Below, one piece after another: positions 46,601 to 54,740 of a DNA stretch of 54,811 nt. The stretch's first letter is position 1. Every line of letters starts with the position of its first letter. Made by a program: the position numbers and the translations under genes. The notes under the pieces were generated by a model. It was not told where the DNA came from, ran no database searches, and saw only the letters and a list, made by a program, of their open reading frames with translations. Source of the DNA: Candidatus Odinarchaeota archaeon. Its GTDB lineage: Archaea > Asgardarchaeota > Odinarchaeia > Odinarchaeales > Odinarchaeaceae. Where the stretch lies: the NCBI GenBank assembly GCA_038826135.1, contig JAWBON010000001.1:1-54811 (forward strand), given 5' to 3'.

Positions 46601-48616
46601 TCAGATTTGAAAGCTAACCTTGAAAAAGGCTGGCTTAACGTATTTGTAAAAGACGGTGCCAGGTGGATTAATCAGTTTACTATAAACAGGTTTGAAAAAC
46701 CTGAGATAGTATTCAACAGCGACTCATCTCATAGTGTAAGCTTAAAACTATCCTTCTGGGACGCTTACTCTAAAACCTCTAGGTTTTTAACCGGTATTCG
46801 CAAGGCTTTAAGAAAATACAGTTTAAGGCTTCTACTAGGTTTAGAAAACATAAGGGATCTATTATACGGCGTAGCTGATAGAAAAATTTCTGATACATTA
46901 CGTGTTCAGAGCCTTGAAAAATTCAAGGTGAATAAATACTCTCTTCAAGCGGATTGCAACCCTGCTTTAAACTGTCTAATAGCGGATTACCGGTTTGAAA
47001 CAGATCTCCACAGGGTTATAGCGAAAATATACGTTTTAAAAAATAATAATAGCTTATATTTGGTTTTTAACCCCTTGAAAATCCGTGTTATGCAGGAGGA
47101 TCTTAAAAGAACCTGGCAGTCTCTCACACCGTTGATAACAGGCGACATTAAAGATTTCAAAAGCATCTCAACCAACGAGCTGCAGTTAACATTGAATAAC
47201 GGTAAATCCATTAAATGGATGATATTTGACAGTGATAGGACAACAGGCACAGCTATGGGGGCTATTAGATCAAATGTAAACAGTGTAGGCGTGGATGTCT
47301 CTCTTAAAACAAACTGGGTTCACGCCGGTGAATACTATCAGTATAGTTCTCTTATAGTGGAGGATGGTAAACAAGCAGTGGAGGGTGTGAATCATCTGGA
47401 GTATTTATGTAATTTTTCATCAACAGATTATATTGCAGGAGCCGTGCAAACGCGTAAACCAGGGTTAGCAGCTGAATTAACAACACCTCAGACGATGACT
47501 GTTAAACCGTTAAAGATTGCTTTAATATATCCTGGAGCCGCTCACGGAATATACCATTATGTGCGTCATCTTAGAAATATGTTGAAGAAACAGGGTTTAA
47601 TAGTGAAAGGATTCTATTTCCCGGAGGAGAAGGTTACCAAGCCTATGATGAGTGATGATAAACCTTTAACAGTTAAATTGAAGATAGGTGAATTCTACTT
47701 TGTTTTACCTGATAAAAAAGCATCTAACACGATTCTTGAAAAAGAATATAAGAAAGACCCGTTTGATATAATTCACCTTCACTGGCCTACCACAACCTGG
47801 GATAGTTATGTTTTCGAATTCGCGGAGAAGTATAGGCTTCCTTTATGCGTTAACCTGCACTACGCTCTATCACTTAGAGATGACGCTTACGGTCTTCTAT
47901 CCCGGTTAATGTATAATATTAGTAAGCGCTACCTCAGGAAAAGTGATAGAATAGTTGTCACATCTAAAGCTCAGGAAAACTTTGTTAAAAGTTTAGGTTA
48001 CCCTTCAGTCACCCATATACCCACAGGGGTTGACGTCAACTATTTTAAACCCTGTGTGAAATTACCTAGTAAAATTAAAACTATACTATATGTCGGGCGA
48101 ATCTCACCTGAGAAAAACGTTGAAGCCTTGATTAAAGCCTTTAAAAAATGTGATTTTAAAGGTGTACGCCTAGTTCTTGTTGGGAAGGGGCCTTTATTGA
48201 AACGGTTGAGAAGCAAGTATATTGGCGGCGATGTTTTATTCACCGGATATATCTCCGAAGCGGAGAAGCTTAAGTACTTGCAGAATTCAGATCTATTTGT
48301 AACAGCGACTAAAATGGAGTTGATGAGTATAGCTGTTCTTGAAGCTATGGCTGCGGGTCTACCTGTAGTAACCTCCAGGCTTGAAGCGTTCGAAGAATTC
48401 GTCACCAGAGATGTGGGGAGAATGATAGAGTTAAACAAGGATTTTGAAGATAATCTAGCCGCTACTATGAAAGAGTTAATTGGCAACGATCGTTTAAGGG
48501 CTGCTATGGGTAAAGCTGCTCGGGAGAAAGCTGTCAGACTATGCTCATGGGATATTATAGGCGCCAAGTTTAAGAAACTGTACGAAAGTATGGTTCAACC
48601 CCATGTTAATCGTTAA
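43697..48616 (+). CDS. giant multidomain protein: unassigned beta-rich regions plus an (alpha/alpha)6-like helical-repeat region, with a C-terminal GT4-family glycosyltransferase
   Basis: 1639-aa uninterrupted ORF. The C-terminal ~370 aa have KIALIYPGAAHG, GRISPEKN, and the EX7E motif ELMSIAVLEAMAAGLPVV. Residues ~330-690 have W/Y/G-rich helix-pair repeats (STQKRNGAWRS, GGSAECIRALILAFKLTRDRKYRDAA). No signal peptide or TM is visible. Confidence 0.8.
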   Translation: MLMAALIADVKATFSKGNEKWVWEKKTDGWVLEGIYLGGKKLGWEKTPGNLIVYENNSIVNYKLIFDQVQETPDGLVFSGSNELYEVKKIWFFGEDTPKLVFAFKAKKRLEIDLLEAPVLIYAPKNLLYSFIGGLRYSKNSSFDVVNRVFNFPYPFSTYYKVKIPPREINGSWYRSLIYCKMPLALYNSRKYYFGLIFNPVEKTSSGRELLHSIRFDGAGLKTENTVSLSYCTHMVYSKRNIWLGLPSKPRRLKITLNPLEEVYTTVNFIYGLGKWYEAVEKFFKVNPLTEPHLTVDPKTVASKTKNAFWRAWESRLKTFLQLPFKRSPGFLLENLLFSLTSFDAERLSNFYDYYTLTGDRVFKYWVNCLRSNLLSRRVIEVKNNYKIWHNGIAFNGVTGEGYTYLWTGYAGYPGGQATIVFRLLEYYSKKLQTSGLSDQRVLNNALDGLDWILSTQKRNGAWRSALKIFREYPARRIDYSLQESVGGSAECIRALILAFKLTRDRKYRDAAVNGLKWLNGKGESVLGYNYLRDAGVYEEEGISAIVAAQANLDAYEAFQDDIYYKYSLIWGKYLLTWHYLWESERLKIRFGFDPLSWSITPRVAPYETAMVLSVYSRLYKLTGDDFWKKIFIQTYNKLSEFQESDGGLSETYFFNYLKGLAEIPVQQTFAANELLKASIQYMNLDSVIKFNVEGDKIIIIERNNLLKEIIRTGNILQVKLSNNSDHISQPFKLVSNILDKSTVFIADKEVASRRGCEVYGLMVNAKSDTQITIKMEPSKSPSLTMYGVEDYSAAYDSKTGLLKLEYTGGQPRLNLIKTSPGKIFLTLDRDKATLIELPGEKLKTVKVNLPPGHHTAELSFSDKTELRDWADTDSSIRIPLLIYPKLISNKSESLVRLKADKIIQSAPFQIKKSLIKFLRGKEEIPFYIPGKSEILESQDEIILKLRLDKPAVKIHMYYGSQSRFKPESDLKANLEKGWLNVFVKDGARWINQFTINRFEKPEIVFNSDSSHSVSLKLSFWDAYSKTSRFLTGIRKALRKYSLRLLLGLENIRDLLYGVADRKISDTLRVQSLEKFKVNKYSLQADCNPALNCLIADYRFETDLHRVIAKIYVLKNNNSLYLVFNPLKIRVMQEDLKRTWQSLTPLITGDIKDFKSISTNELQLTLNNGKSIKWMIFDSDRTTGTAMGAIRSNVNSVGVDVSLKTNWVHAGEYYQYSSLIVEDGKQAVEGVNHLEYLCNFSSTDYIAGAVQTRKPGLAAELTTPQTMTVKPLKIALIYPGAAHGIYHYVRHLRNMLKKQGLIVKGFYFPEEKVTKPMMSDDKPLTVKLKIGEFYFVLPDKKASNTILEKEYKKDPFDIIHLHWPTTTWDSYVFEFAEKYRLPLCVNLHYALSLRDDAYGLLSRLMYNISKRYLRKSDRIVVTSKAQENFVKSLGYPSVTHIPTGVDVNYFKPCVKLPSKIKTILYVGRISPEKNVEALIKAFKKCDFKGVRLVLVGKGPLLKRLRSKYIGGDVLFTGYISEAEKLKYLQNSDLFVTATKMELMSIAVLEAMAAGLPVVTSRLEAFEEFVTRDVGRMIELNKDFEDNLAATMKELIGNDRLRAAMGKAAREKAVRLCSWDIIGAKFKKLYESMVQPHVNR

Positions 48617-48627
48617 AAACTATCCGC

Positions 48628-49644
48628 CTATGTTTGCTCCATGTTTTTAATTATTTCCACGGTGAATTCTTTAGTTGACAGGGTTCCACCGATATCCGGG
48701 GTTTTTTTACCTTGAGCTAGGGTTTTGATTAAGGCTTTTTCAATTTTTTCAGCTGAAACCGACGCTTCACGGTCGCCGTGTTTTAAACCAATCCAATCTA
48801 GCATCATCTTTGCACTGAGTATCATCGCGGTTGGATTCGCATAGTTCTTATTTTTCATGCTGAAAGCCGCGCCGTGGACTGGTTCAAACATGCCTTTATC
48901 CTCACTTAGATTCGCACCCGGACATAGACCTAAACCACCCTGCACCCATGAGGCTAAATCACTTAGAATATCACCGAACATGTTCTCAGTTAATATCACA
49001 TCGAACTGTGAGGGGTTTTTAACTAGTTGATATGCACAGTTGTCCACGTACATTTCATTAATCTCTATCCCCGGATAGTTTTTACCAATATTTCTGCATA
49101 TGTTTCTGAAGAACACGTCTGAGATTAAAACATTTGATTTATCCACTATGGTTAGTTTTCCTCTTCTCCTCGAAGCCTGCTCGCACGCGATTCTCATAAT
49201 TCTCTCAGTAGCTTTCCTGGTTATTAGACGCGTGTTAAAAGCGAAATCCTCTTGAAGAGTCTCTATCCTAGAGTATAATCCCTCAGAGTTCTCTCTTACA
49301 ATAAGCAGATTAACCTCTTCACCCTCATATAATCTGGATTTGACTCCCGGCAGGCTTCTAGCAGGTCTCAGGTTTACGAAGAGGCCTAACCCCTGTCTTA
49401 AAGGTAAAACCACTTCTTTAGCAGTCTCCCCTGAAGGGCCTTTTAATATAAGCTCGCTTTCAGCCGCCGCGTTCAAGGTTTCTTTAGGCATAGCTGAACC
49501 GTATTTCTCCGCAGCCGCATCTCCAGCTTCGTAAAATGAGAATTCGAATCTCAAATTCGTGTTCTTTAAAACCTCTACAGCGGATTCAACTATACTTGGA
49601 CCTATACCATCTCCCGGGATAACCATAACCTTGTATGTTCTCAT
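48628..49644 (-). CDS. leuB: 3-isopropylmalate dehydrogenase (beta-decarboxylating dehydrogenase family)
   Basis: 338 aa. Has VIPGDGIGPSIV, LIVRENSEGLY and NMFGDILSDLAS. Adjacent to leuCD. Homoisocitrate specificity cannot be excluded from sequence. Confidence 0.82.
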   Translation of the reverse strand: MRTYKVMVIPGDGIGPSIVESAVEVLKNTNLRFEFSFYEAGDAAAEKYGSAMPKETLNAAAESELILKGPSGETAKEVVLPLRQGLGLFVNLRPARSLPGVKSRLYEGEEVNLLIVRENSEGLYSRIETLQEDFAFNTRLITRKATERIMRIACEQASRRRGKLTIVDKSNVLISDVFFRNICRNIGKNYPGIEINEMYVDNCAYQLVKNPSQFDVILTENMFGDILSDLASWVQGGLGLCPGANLSEDKGMFEPVHGAAFSMKNKNYANPTAMILSAKMMLDWIGLKHGDREASVSAEKIEKALIKTLAQGKKTPDIGGTLSTKEFTVEIIKNMEQT

Positions 49645-49647
49645 ATT

Positions 49648-50157
49648 TTAACCTCTAACCTTGAATAATCTGTTTTTAAGATAGTTTACAAGACCACCGG
49701 CGTTTAATATCTCCATAAGGAACCCCGGTATCGGCTTCGCGTTCAAGCTTTCACCGTTAGATAAATTTTTTATCTCACCCGTGTCTAGGTTAACGCTCAG
49801 AGTATCCCCTTCACCTGTTATATTCGATATTCCTTCAGCTATTATCGCCGGTAATCCGATGTTAATAGAGTTCCTGTAGAATATTCTAGCTATTGAATCA
49901 GCTAGTATTAGTTTAATACCGGACTCTTTTAAAACTTCAGGAGCCTGCTGTCTGGAGCTGCCGGAGCCGAAGTTTCTACCAGCGACGATTATCTGAGCGC
50001 CTTGAGCAATTTTCTTATGGAATTCAGGGTCAATAGTCTCCATAGCATATTTCGCCATTAAGTTAATATTACTGCCGTAAACAAGTCTGTGACCGGCGAT
50101 TATAACATCCGTGTCTATGTGGTCACCGTACTTGATTACTTTACTTTTAATCATCAT
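49648..50157 (-). CDS. leuD: 3-isopropylmalate dehydratase small subunit
   Basis: 169 aa. Has GDHIDTDVII and GRNFGSGSSRQQAPEVL, typical of archaeal LeuD/HacB. Confidence 0.85.
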   Translation of the reverse strand: MMIKSKVIKYGDHIDTDVIIAGHRLVYGSNINLMAKYAMETIDPEFHKKIAQGAQIIVAGRNFGSGSSRQQAPEVLKESGIKLILADSIARIFYRNSINIGLPAIIAEGISNITGEGDTLSVNLDTGEIKNLSNGESLNAKPIPGFLMEILNAGGLVNYLKNRLFKVRG

Positions 50158-51423
50158 CTAAAGATCCCTCGGATCGGTTATTCTACCAGTTACAGCTGAA
50201 GCTGCAACAGTCGCGGGTGAGGCTAAATACACTTTCGAAGCCGGGTCACCCATTCTCCCTTTAAAGTTACGGTTAGTTGAAGCTATAGCTATCTCACCTT
50301 TACCTAACACTCCCATATGCCCGCCTATGCAGGGCCCGCATGTTGGTGTTGAAACCGCGGCTCCTGCTTTAAGGAATATTTTCAGCAAACCGTTTTCAAG
50401 GGCTTTCATATATATTTTCTGTGTAGCTGGAATTATTATCAACCTCACGTTAGGGGCAATCCTTTTATCTCTTAAAATTCTCGCTGCAACCTGTAGATCA
50501 GAGTATCTGCCGCCTGTGCATGAGCCTATAACAGCTTGATCTATTTCAATATTATTCAGCTCCCTGGCGTTTTTAATATTAGAGGGCAGGTATGGCTCCG
50601 CGACTGTAGGCTCTATTTTCTCTGCTTCAAAATCTATAATCTCCTTATAATCCGCATCCTCATCGCTTTTAAACACGTTGAAGCCTCCTCTAACCCTGCT
50701 TTCAACATATTCTATTGTTTTCTCATCAGGGTTGATTACACCATTCTTAGCCCCCGCTTCAATCGCCATATTGCAGAGCACAAATCTCTCATCCATTGAT
50801 AGACTTCTCACCGTGCTCCCGTCAAACTCCATCGCCATATATAAAGCTCCGTCAACACCTATTCTCCCTATTATGTTTAAAATAACGTCCTTAGCGTAAA
50901 CGAATCGTTTAAGCCTACCGTTTACATTAAATTTCACTGTTTCAGGAACCCTGAACCAGCATTTACCTGTAGCGAAAACCGCAGCCATTTCAGTTGTCCC
51001 TATTCCTGTGGCGAAAGCTCCAACAGCTCCATGTGTACATGTGTGACTGTCAGTCCCCACTATAACTATTCCAGGTCTAGCGAACCCCTCCTCAGGTAAC
51101 ATTACATGACAGATACCATGACTGCCTATCGGATAGTAATTTTTAATTCCCTGCTCTCGTACGAATTTATCCATTTCAAGGTAAAGATTCGCTGCTTCAA
51201 TATCCTTTGCGGGTATAAAATGATCGGGAGTAACAACTATCTTGCTTCTATCCCATACTTGTTTTAAACCGATCTTTCTAAACTCGTTAGCAACCGGGCC
51301 GCAGAGTACATCATGAGTTAACGCTATATCGATCTCTGCGTTCACAATCTCCCCTGGAGAGGTCTTCTTAAGCCCGCTTGCTTTAGCAAGTATTTTCTCG
51401 GTTATCGTAGGCATATAATGCAC
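50158..51423 (-). CDS. leuC: 3-isopropylmalate dehydratase large subunit
   Basis: 421 aa. Aconitase-family motifs VGTDSHTCTHGA, GSCTGGR, and the Fe-S region CGPCIG. The ATG at 51414 (MPTITEK), with AAGGTG 7 nt upstream, is a better start than the GTG at 51423. Confidence 0.9.
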   Translation of the reverse strand: MHYMPTITEKILAKASGLKKTSPGEIVNAEIDIALTHDVLCGPVANEFRKIGLKQVWDRSKIVVTPDHFIPAKDIEAANLYLEMDKFVREQGIKNYYPIGSHGICHVMLPEEGFARPGIVIVGTDSHTCTHGAVGAFATGIGTTEMAAVFATGKCWFRVPETVKFNVNGRLKRFVYAKDVILNIIGRIGVDGALYMAMEFDGSTVRSLSMDERFVLCNMAIEAGAKNGVINPDEKTIEYVESRVRGGFNVFKSDEDADYKEIIDFEAEKIEPTVAEPYLPSNIKNARELNNIEIDQAVIGSCTGGRYSDLQVAARILRDKRIAPNVRLIIIPATQKIYMKALENGLLKIFLKAGAAVSTPTCGPCIGGHMGVLGKGEIAIASTNRNFKGRMGDPASKVYLASPATVAASAVTGRITDPRDL

Positions 51424-51592
51424 CTTAAAATGAATACAGTTATTAAAATATAACTTTTAGCCTTGATATACTCTACACAGCTTTAGTTTTTCGCAACTTA
51501 GCTGATATAGTTTACTTCACGGGGCAGACATATTCTTAAATATAAATTTTTGATATAATTATTTAGCGATTTAATCGCTTGGAGGTTATCAA

Positions 51593-51652
51593 GTGCCGTC
51601 TTGTACAAAAGGGAAGAAAAAAGAGAAAAAAGAGGAGAAAAAGAAAAAGTAA
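51593..51652 (+). CDS. candidate 19-codon Lys/Glu-rich mini-ORF (MPSCTKGKKKEKKEEKKKK)
   Basis: GTG start 6 nt downstream of GGAGGT (51581-51586). A TTAAATATAAAT TATA-like box lies about 45-55 nt upstream, with the hairpin AGCGAT-TTA-ATCGCT at 51565-51579. The ORF coincides with a homopurine tract, so it may be a composition artefact. Confidence 0.2.
   Translation: MPSCTKGKKKEKKEEKKKK
51607..51649. repeat. 43-nt perfect homopurine/homopyrimidine tract
   Basis: Positions 51607-51649 read aaaagggaagaaaaaagagaaaaaagaggagaaaaagaaaaag. These are A or G only on the plus strand. Confidence 0.9.
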
Positions 51653-51805
51653 TTTAGCGGTCGCCTAATTTCCTAAAATACTAATACCACCAATAACTCT
51701 TTTTCTCCTTTATTTACAATCAGGTCTTTTAAGTAAATGGGGTGTAATTTTATTTTTATTAATTAACTATCTTTAACTGTTATTTACTATATTGAATCTA
51801 GTTTT

Positions 51806-52189
51806 TTATGGAATAAGCAGTTTCACGTACTCTATTTTATTGCTGGTTATGTAACGGTTTACAAGCTCTTTTATTCTATTTGCATCGCCTTCTATTATGA
51901 ATATTTCCAAGCATTTATTCTGTCTTGTTTGACTGTGTATTTGTGTGCGTATTATATCTGTGTATTCGTGTTTTAATTGGCTGACGAAGTTTTCAGCGTC
52001 ATGGTCGTGTATCAGTAATAGGACTGAGTGTATGGTTCCTTCTAGTTTTTCTTTTTCAACGCTGTCTGCTAGTAACATTCTTAAACCAGCTCTTACAAGT
52101 TCGGATCGGCCTGTGAATCCTAGTTCCTTGCGGAGTTTTTCTATTTGGTCGAGTATCCGCTGGTTTAATGATAGGCTGATTATTGGCAT
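51806..52189 (-). CDS. nikR: NikR-family (ribbon-helix-helix plus ACT-like) metal-responsive regulator
   Basis: 127 aa. RHH N-terminus is ISLSLNQRILDQIEKLRKELGFTGRSELVRAGLRMLL. The C-terminal domain KHEYTDIIRTQIHSQTRQNKCLEI aligns without gaps to E. coli NikR [24 protein letters not shown]. Confidence 0.85.
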   Translation of the reverse strand: MPIISLSLNQRILDQIEKLRKELGFTGRSELVRAGLRMLLADSVEKEKLEGTIHSVLLLIHDHDAENFVSQLKHEYTDIIRTQIHSQTRQNKCLEIFIIEGDANRIKELVNRYITSNKIEYVKLLIP

Positions 52190-52253
52190 GATTTTAATAA
52201 GTTATTAAGTTATTTATAAACCTAACCATAATTGTTATTAACAAAATATTTAT

Positions 52254-52276
52254 AAGTTAATAATTAATACTAACTT
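52254..52276. promoter_or_regulatory. inverted repeat AAGTTA-N11-TAACTT immediately upstream of the metal-transporter operon; candidate NikR-type operator
   Basis: Arms at 52254-52259 and 52271-52276. ATG of the binding-protein gene is at 52283. Related tandem TAAGTTAT copies lie at 52198-52205 and 52206-52213, next to the nikR start. Confidence 0.25.
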
Positions 52277-52282
52277 CCTGAT

Positions 52283-53152
52283 ATGCTAGATAAAAAAACG
52301 CTGGGCGGTGTAATAACACTTCTTATAATAACAACCGCAGGTGTAAGCTCATTTTTAATTCTATCAAACCCTCAAATAAACCCCGCAGGATCCAAGATAA
52401 GTATAGCAGTCACTATACCGGTTCAGGCTGAAATCGCGGAAATGATCGGCGGAGGGCATGTTAAGGTGACTGTTCTCGTCCCTTCAGGAGCAGACCCACA
52501 CTCCTACGAGCCAACTCCAAGCCAGTTAACCGAGCTCAGCGCCGCTCAAATATATTTCTTCATAGGTTCAGGTTTAGAGTTCGAATTAACCTGGTGGGAT
52601 CAGATAACCTCTATTAACCCTAATATTCTATTAGTGAACGCCAGTGAAGGAGTAACTATAGAGGATAAAGACCCTCACATATGGACTTCACCGCGTAACG
52701 TTAAGATTATGGCTGAAAACCTGCATAAAGCTCTTTTACAATTGGATCCCTCGAACCAGGTTGACTATGACTCTAATCTGGCAGCTTATCTTAGAGCGCT
52801 TGATTTTCTAGACAACTATGTTATGGAAAGTCTTGGAAACTATACTAACAGGGTTTTTTTAATATTCCACCCCGCCTTCAACTATTTTGCTAAAGCATAC
52901 AATTTAACGCAGATAAGCATAGAGGAGGAAGGGAAACCTGTAACACCTCAATCACTTCAATGGGCTGTGGAAAACGCCAGCTTATATAATTTAACAATCG
53001 TGTTCGCGTCACCGCAATTTGACACATCCTACGCTGAAACAGTGGCTGAGCAGATAAGCGGCCGCGTGGTTTTACTAAACCATCTGGATGAAAACTATTT
53101 TCTCACGATATTAAGATTTGTAAGTTATCTTATTGAAGAATTCGAGAGTTAA
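52283..53152 (+). CDS. metal ABC transporter substrate-binding protein (cluster 9, TroA/ZnuA family)
   Basis: 289 aa with an N-terminal TM/signal anchor. Has GADPHSYEPTPSQ, DPHIWTSPRN, FHPAFNYFAKAY, and a downstream Asp (SPQFDTSYAE). That is a His/His/His/Asp-type ligand pattern. Confidence 0.85.
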   Translation: MLDKKTLGGVITLLIITTAGVSSFLILSNPQINPAGSKISIAVTIPVQAEIAEMIGGGHVKVTVLVPSGADPHSYEPTPSQLTELSAAQIYFFIGSGLEFELTWWDQITSINPNILLVNASEGVTIEDKDPHIWTSPRNVKIMAENLHKALLQLDPSNQVDYDSNLAAYLRALDFLDNYVMESLGNYTNRVFLIFHPAFNYFAKAYNLTQISIEEEGKPVTPQSLQWAVENASLYNLTIVFASPQFDTSYAETVAEQISGRVVLLNHLDENYFLTILRFVSYLIEEFES

Positions 53153-53163
53153 AGGTGATTTAA

Positions 53164-53922
53164 ATGAGTGGAGAGATTGTCTCGATTAAAAATATTTGGG
53201 TTAAATACGACGGTTACAATGTTTTAGAGGATGTTTCACTATCAATATTTGAACATGATCTTTTAGCGGTTATAGGTGTGAACGGCGGGGGTAAGTCAAC
53301 GCTTCTTAAAGTAATTGCTGGTTTAATCAAACCGTTTAAAGGAGAGGTTAAAGTTTTCGGTAACAGTCCTGAGAAAGCCAGAGATTTCATCGGATATTTG
53401 CCGCAATATAATGTTTTCGATTTAAACTTTCCAATCACAGTTTTAGACGTGGTTTTAACAGGTATTCTCGGTAAAAAACTTCTTTTAAAAAATTACTCTA
53501 AAGAAGACCGGGAGGCTGCTTTCGAAGCCTTGAAAACTGTTAAAATGGCGGGTTTCGAAGATAGGAAGCTGGGTTCATTATCCGGAGGGCAGCTTCAACG
53601 TGTATTAATAGCGAGAGCGATAATTAAAAAACCTAGACTGCTGCTTTTAGACGAGCCGACGTCCAGTCTAGACTCGGATATGCAGAAATCATTTTACGAG
53701 CTGCTTTTAGAACTTAAAAATAAGATGAGTATAATAATAGTCTCCCATGATATTGGTGTAATATCCTCCTATGTTGATAAAATGGCTTGTTTGAATAAAC
53801 GCCTATATTACCACGGTCCTGTTGAAGGGGCTTTAGCAACTCTGCAAGACGTTTACCAGTGTCCTGTTGAATTGATAGCTCACGGTGTACCTCACAGGGT
53901 TTTAGGGAGGCATGAGGATTGA
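53164..53922 (+). CDS. metal ABC transporter ATP-binding protein (ZnuC/TroB-like)
   Basis: 252 aa. Walker [10 protein letters not shown], signature LSGGQLQR, Walker B LLLLDEP. Confidence 0.9.
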   Translation: MSGEIVSIKNIWVKYDGYNVLEDVSLSIFEHDLLAVIGVNGGGKSTLLKVIAGLIKPFKGEVKVFGNSPEKARDFIGYLPQYNVFDLNFPITVLDVVLTGILGKKLLLKNYSKEDREAAFEALKTVKMAGFEDRKLGSLSGGQLQRVLIARAIIKKPRLLLLDEPTSSLDSDMQKSFYELLLELKNKMSIIIVSHDIGVISSYVDKMACLNKRLYYHGPVEGALATLQDVYQCPVELIAHGVPHRVLGRHED

Positions 53923-54740
53923 TATTCGAAATTTTCGCATACGGTTTTATGAGGAATGCTTTAATAGCCGCTATACTAGTTAGCATAGCATGCGGGGTTG
54001 TGGGGACACTGGTTGTTTTAAAAAAACTGGTTTTTATGAGCGGCGGCATCTCCCATTCAGCCTTCGGGGGGATTGGGTTAGGCTATCTTCTAGGTTTAAA
54101 TCCTGTGTTAGTAGCGGTCCCCTTCAGCATAGCAGCCTCTCTGAGTATAGGTGTGATAGGTAAAAAAACAAGGGTCAGCGAGGATGTATCGATAGGAATA
54201 ATGTGGGCGGTTGGCATGGCTGCTGGTATAATATTTGTTAACCTTGCTCCCGGATATGCTCCGGATCTTTTCAGCTACTTGTTCGGTAGTATTCTAACAG
54301 TTCCAGTCTTTGATTTAATGTTAATGTTCATATTAGACATGGTTATATTGATGATATTTCTCCTCTTCCATAAAGAGTTTTATGCAATGTCTTTTGATGA
54401 AGAGTTTGCGAAAGTTTCCGGCGTTCCTGTAAGAGCCTTATACTATACTCTCCTAGGAATGATCGGTCTTAGTGTCGTGATACTGATAAGAGTTGTCGGC
54501 ATTATACTCGTTATCGCGCTTTTAACAATCCCAACCGTGATCAGCATGCAATTCACTCACGGAATCAAGAAACTGACGGTTTTATCAACTATACTCGGAT
54601 TAGCGTCAACGATTACAGGTTTATTGCTCTCATATATTTTCAATCTGACATCCGGAGCCACTATAGTGATGGTTTTAGCAGCAGCTTTTTTAATCTCTTC
54701 AACTGTTAAACGTTTAAAACAGGTAAAAAACGTTTTTTAA
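53919..54740 (+). CDS. metal ABC transporter permease (ZnuB/TroCD-like)
   Basis: 273 aa with about 8 TM. Its start overlaps the ATPase stop by 4 nt. The sequence is typical of ABC-3 family permeases. Confidence 0.88.
   Translation: MIFEIFAYGFMRNALIAAILVSIACGVVGTLVVLKKLVFMSGGISHSAFGGIGLGYLLGLNPVLVAVPFSIAASLSIGVIGKKTRVSEDVSIGIMWAVGMAAGIIFVNLAPGYAPDLFSYLFGSILTVPVFDLMLMFILDMVILMIFLLFHKEFYAMSFDEEFAKVSGVPVRALYYTLLGMIGLSVVILIRVVGIILVIALLTIPTVISMQFTHGIKKLTVLSTILGLASTITGLLLSYIFNLTSGATIVMVLAAAFLISSTVKRLKQVKNVF

Noticed and set aside
48040-48567. Long antisense ORFs in the track, for example 48040..48567(-), 735..1094(-), 9281..9520(-), 19926..20249(-), 40708..41079(+), 32669..32980(+) and 36601..36843(+).
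   Set aside because: All lie fully inside stronger, family-assignable or better-supported ORFs on the opposite strand. Their translations are low-complexity and Ser/Leu/Ile-rich, typical of shadow frames. None has an SD or promoter context.
51560-51660. Leu/Phe-rich leader peptide for leuCDB. The polypyrimidine strand of the homopurine tract translates as LLFLFLLFFLFFL..., which recalls bacterial leu-operon attenuator leaders.
   Set aside because: I translated all three minus-strand frames. Each is opened by a stop codon just upstream (TAG, TAA or TAG) and has no ATG, GTG or TTG before the Leu/Phe run. There is no SD either. The resemblance is a by-product of base composition.
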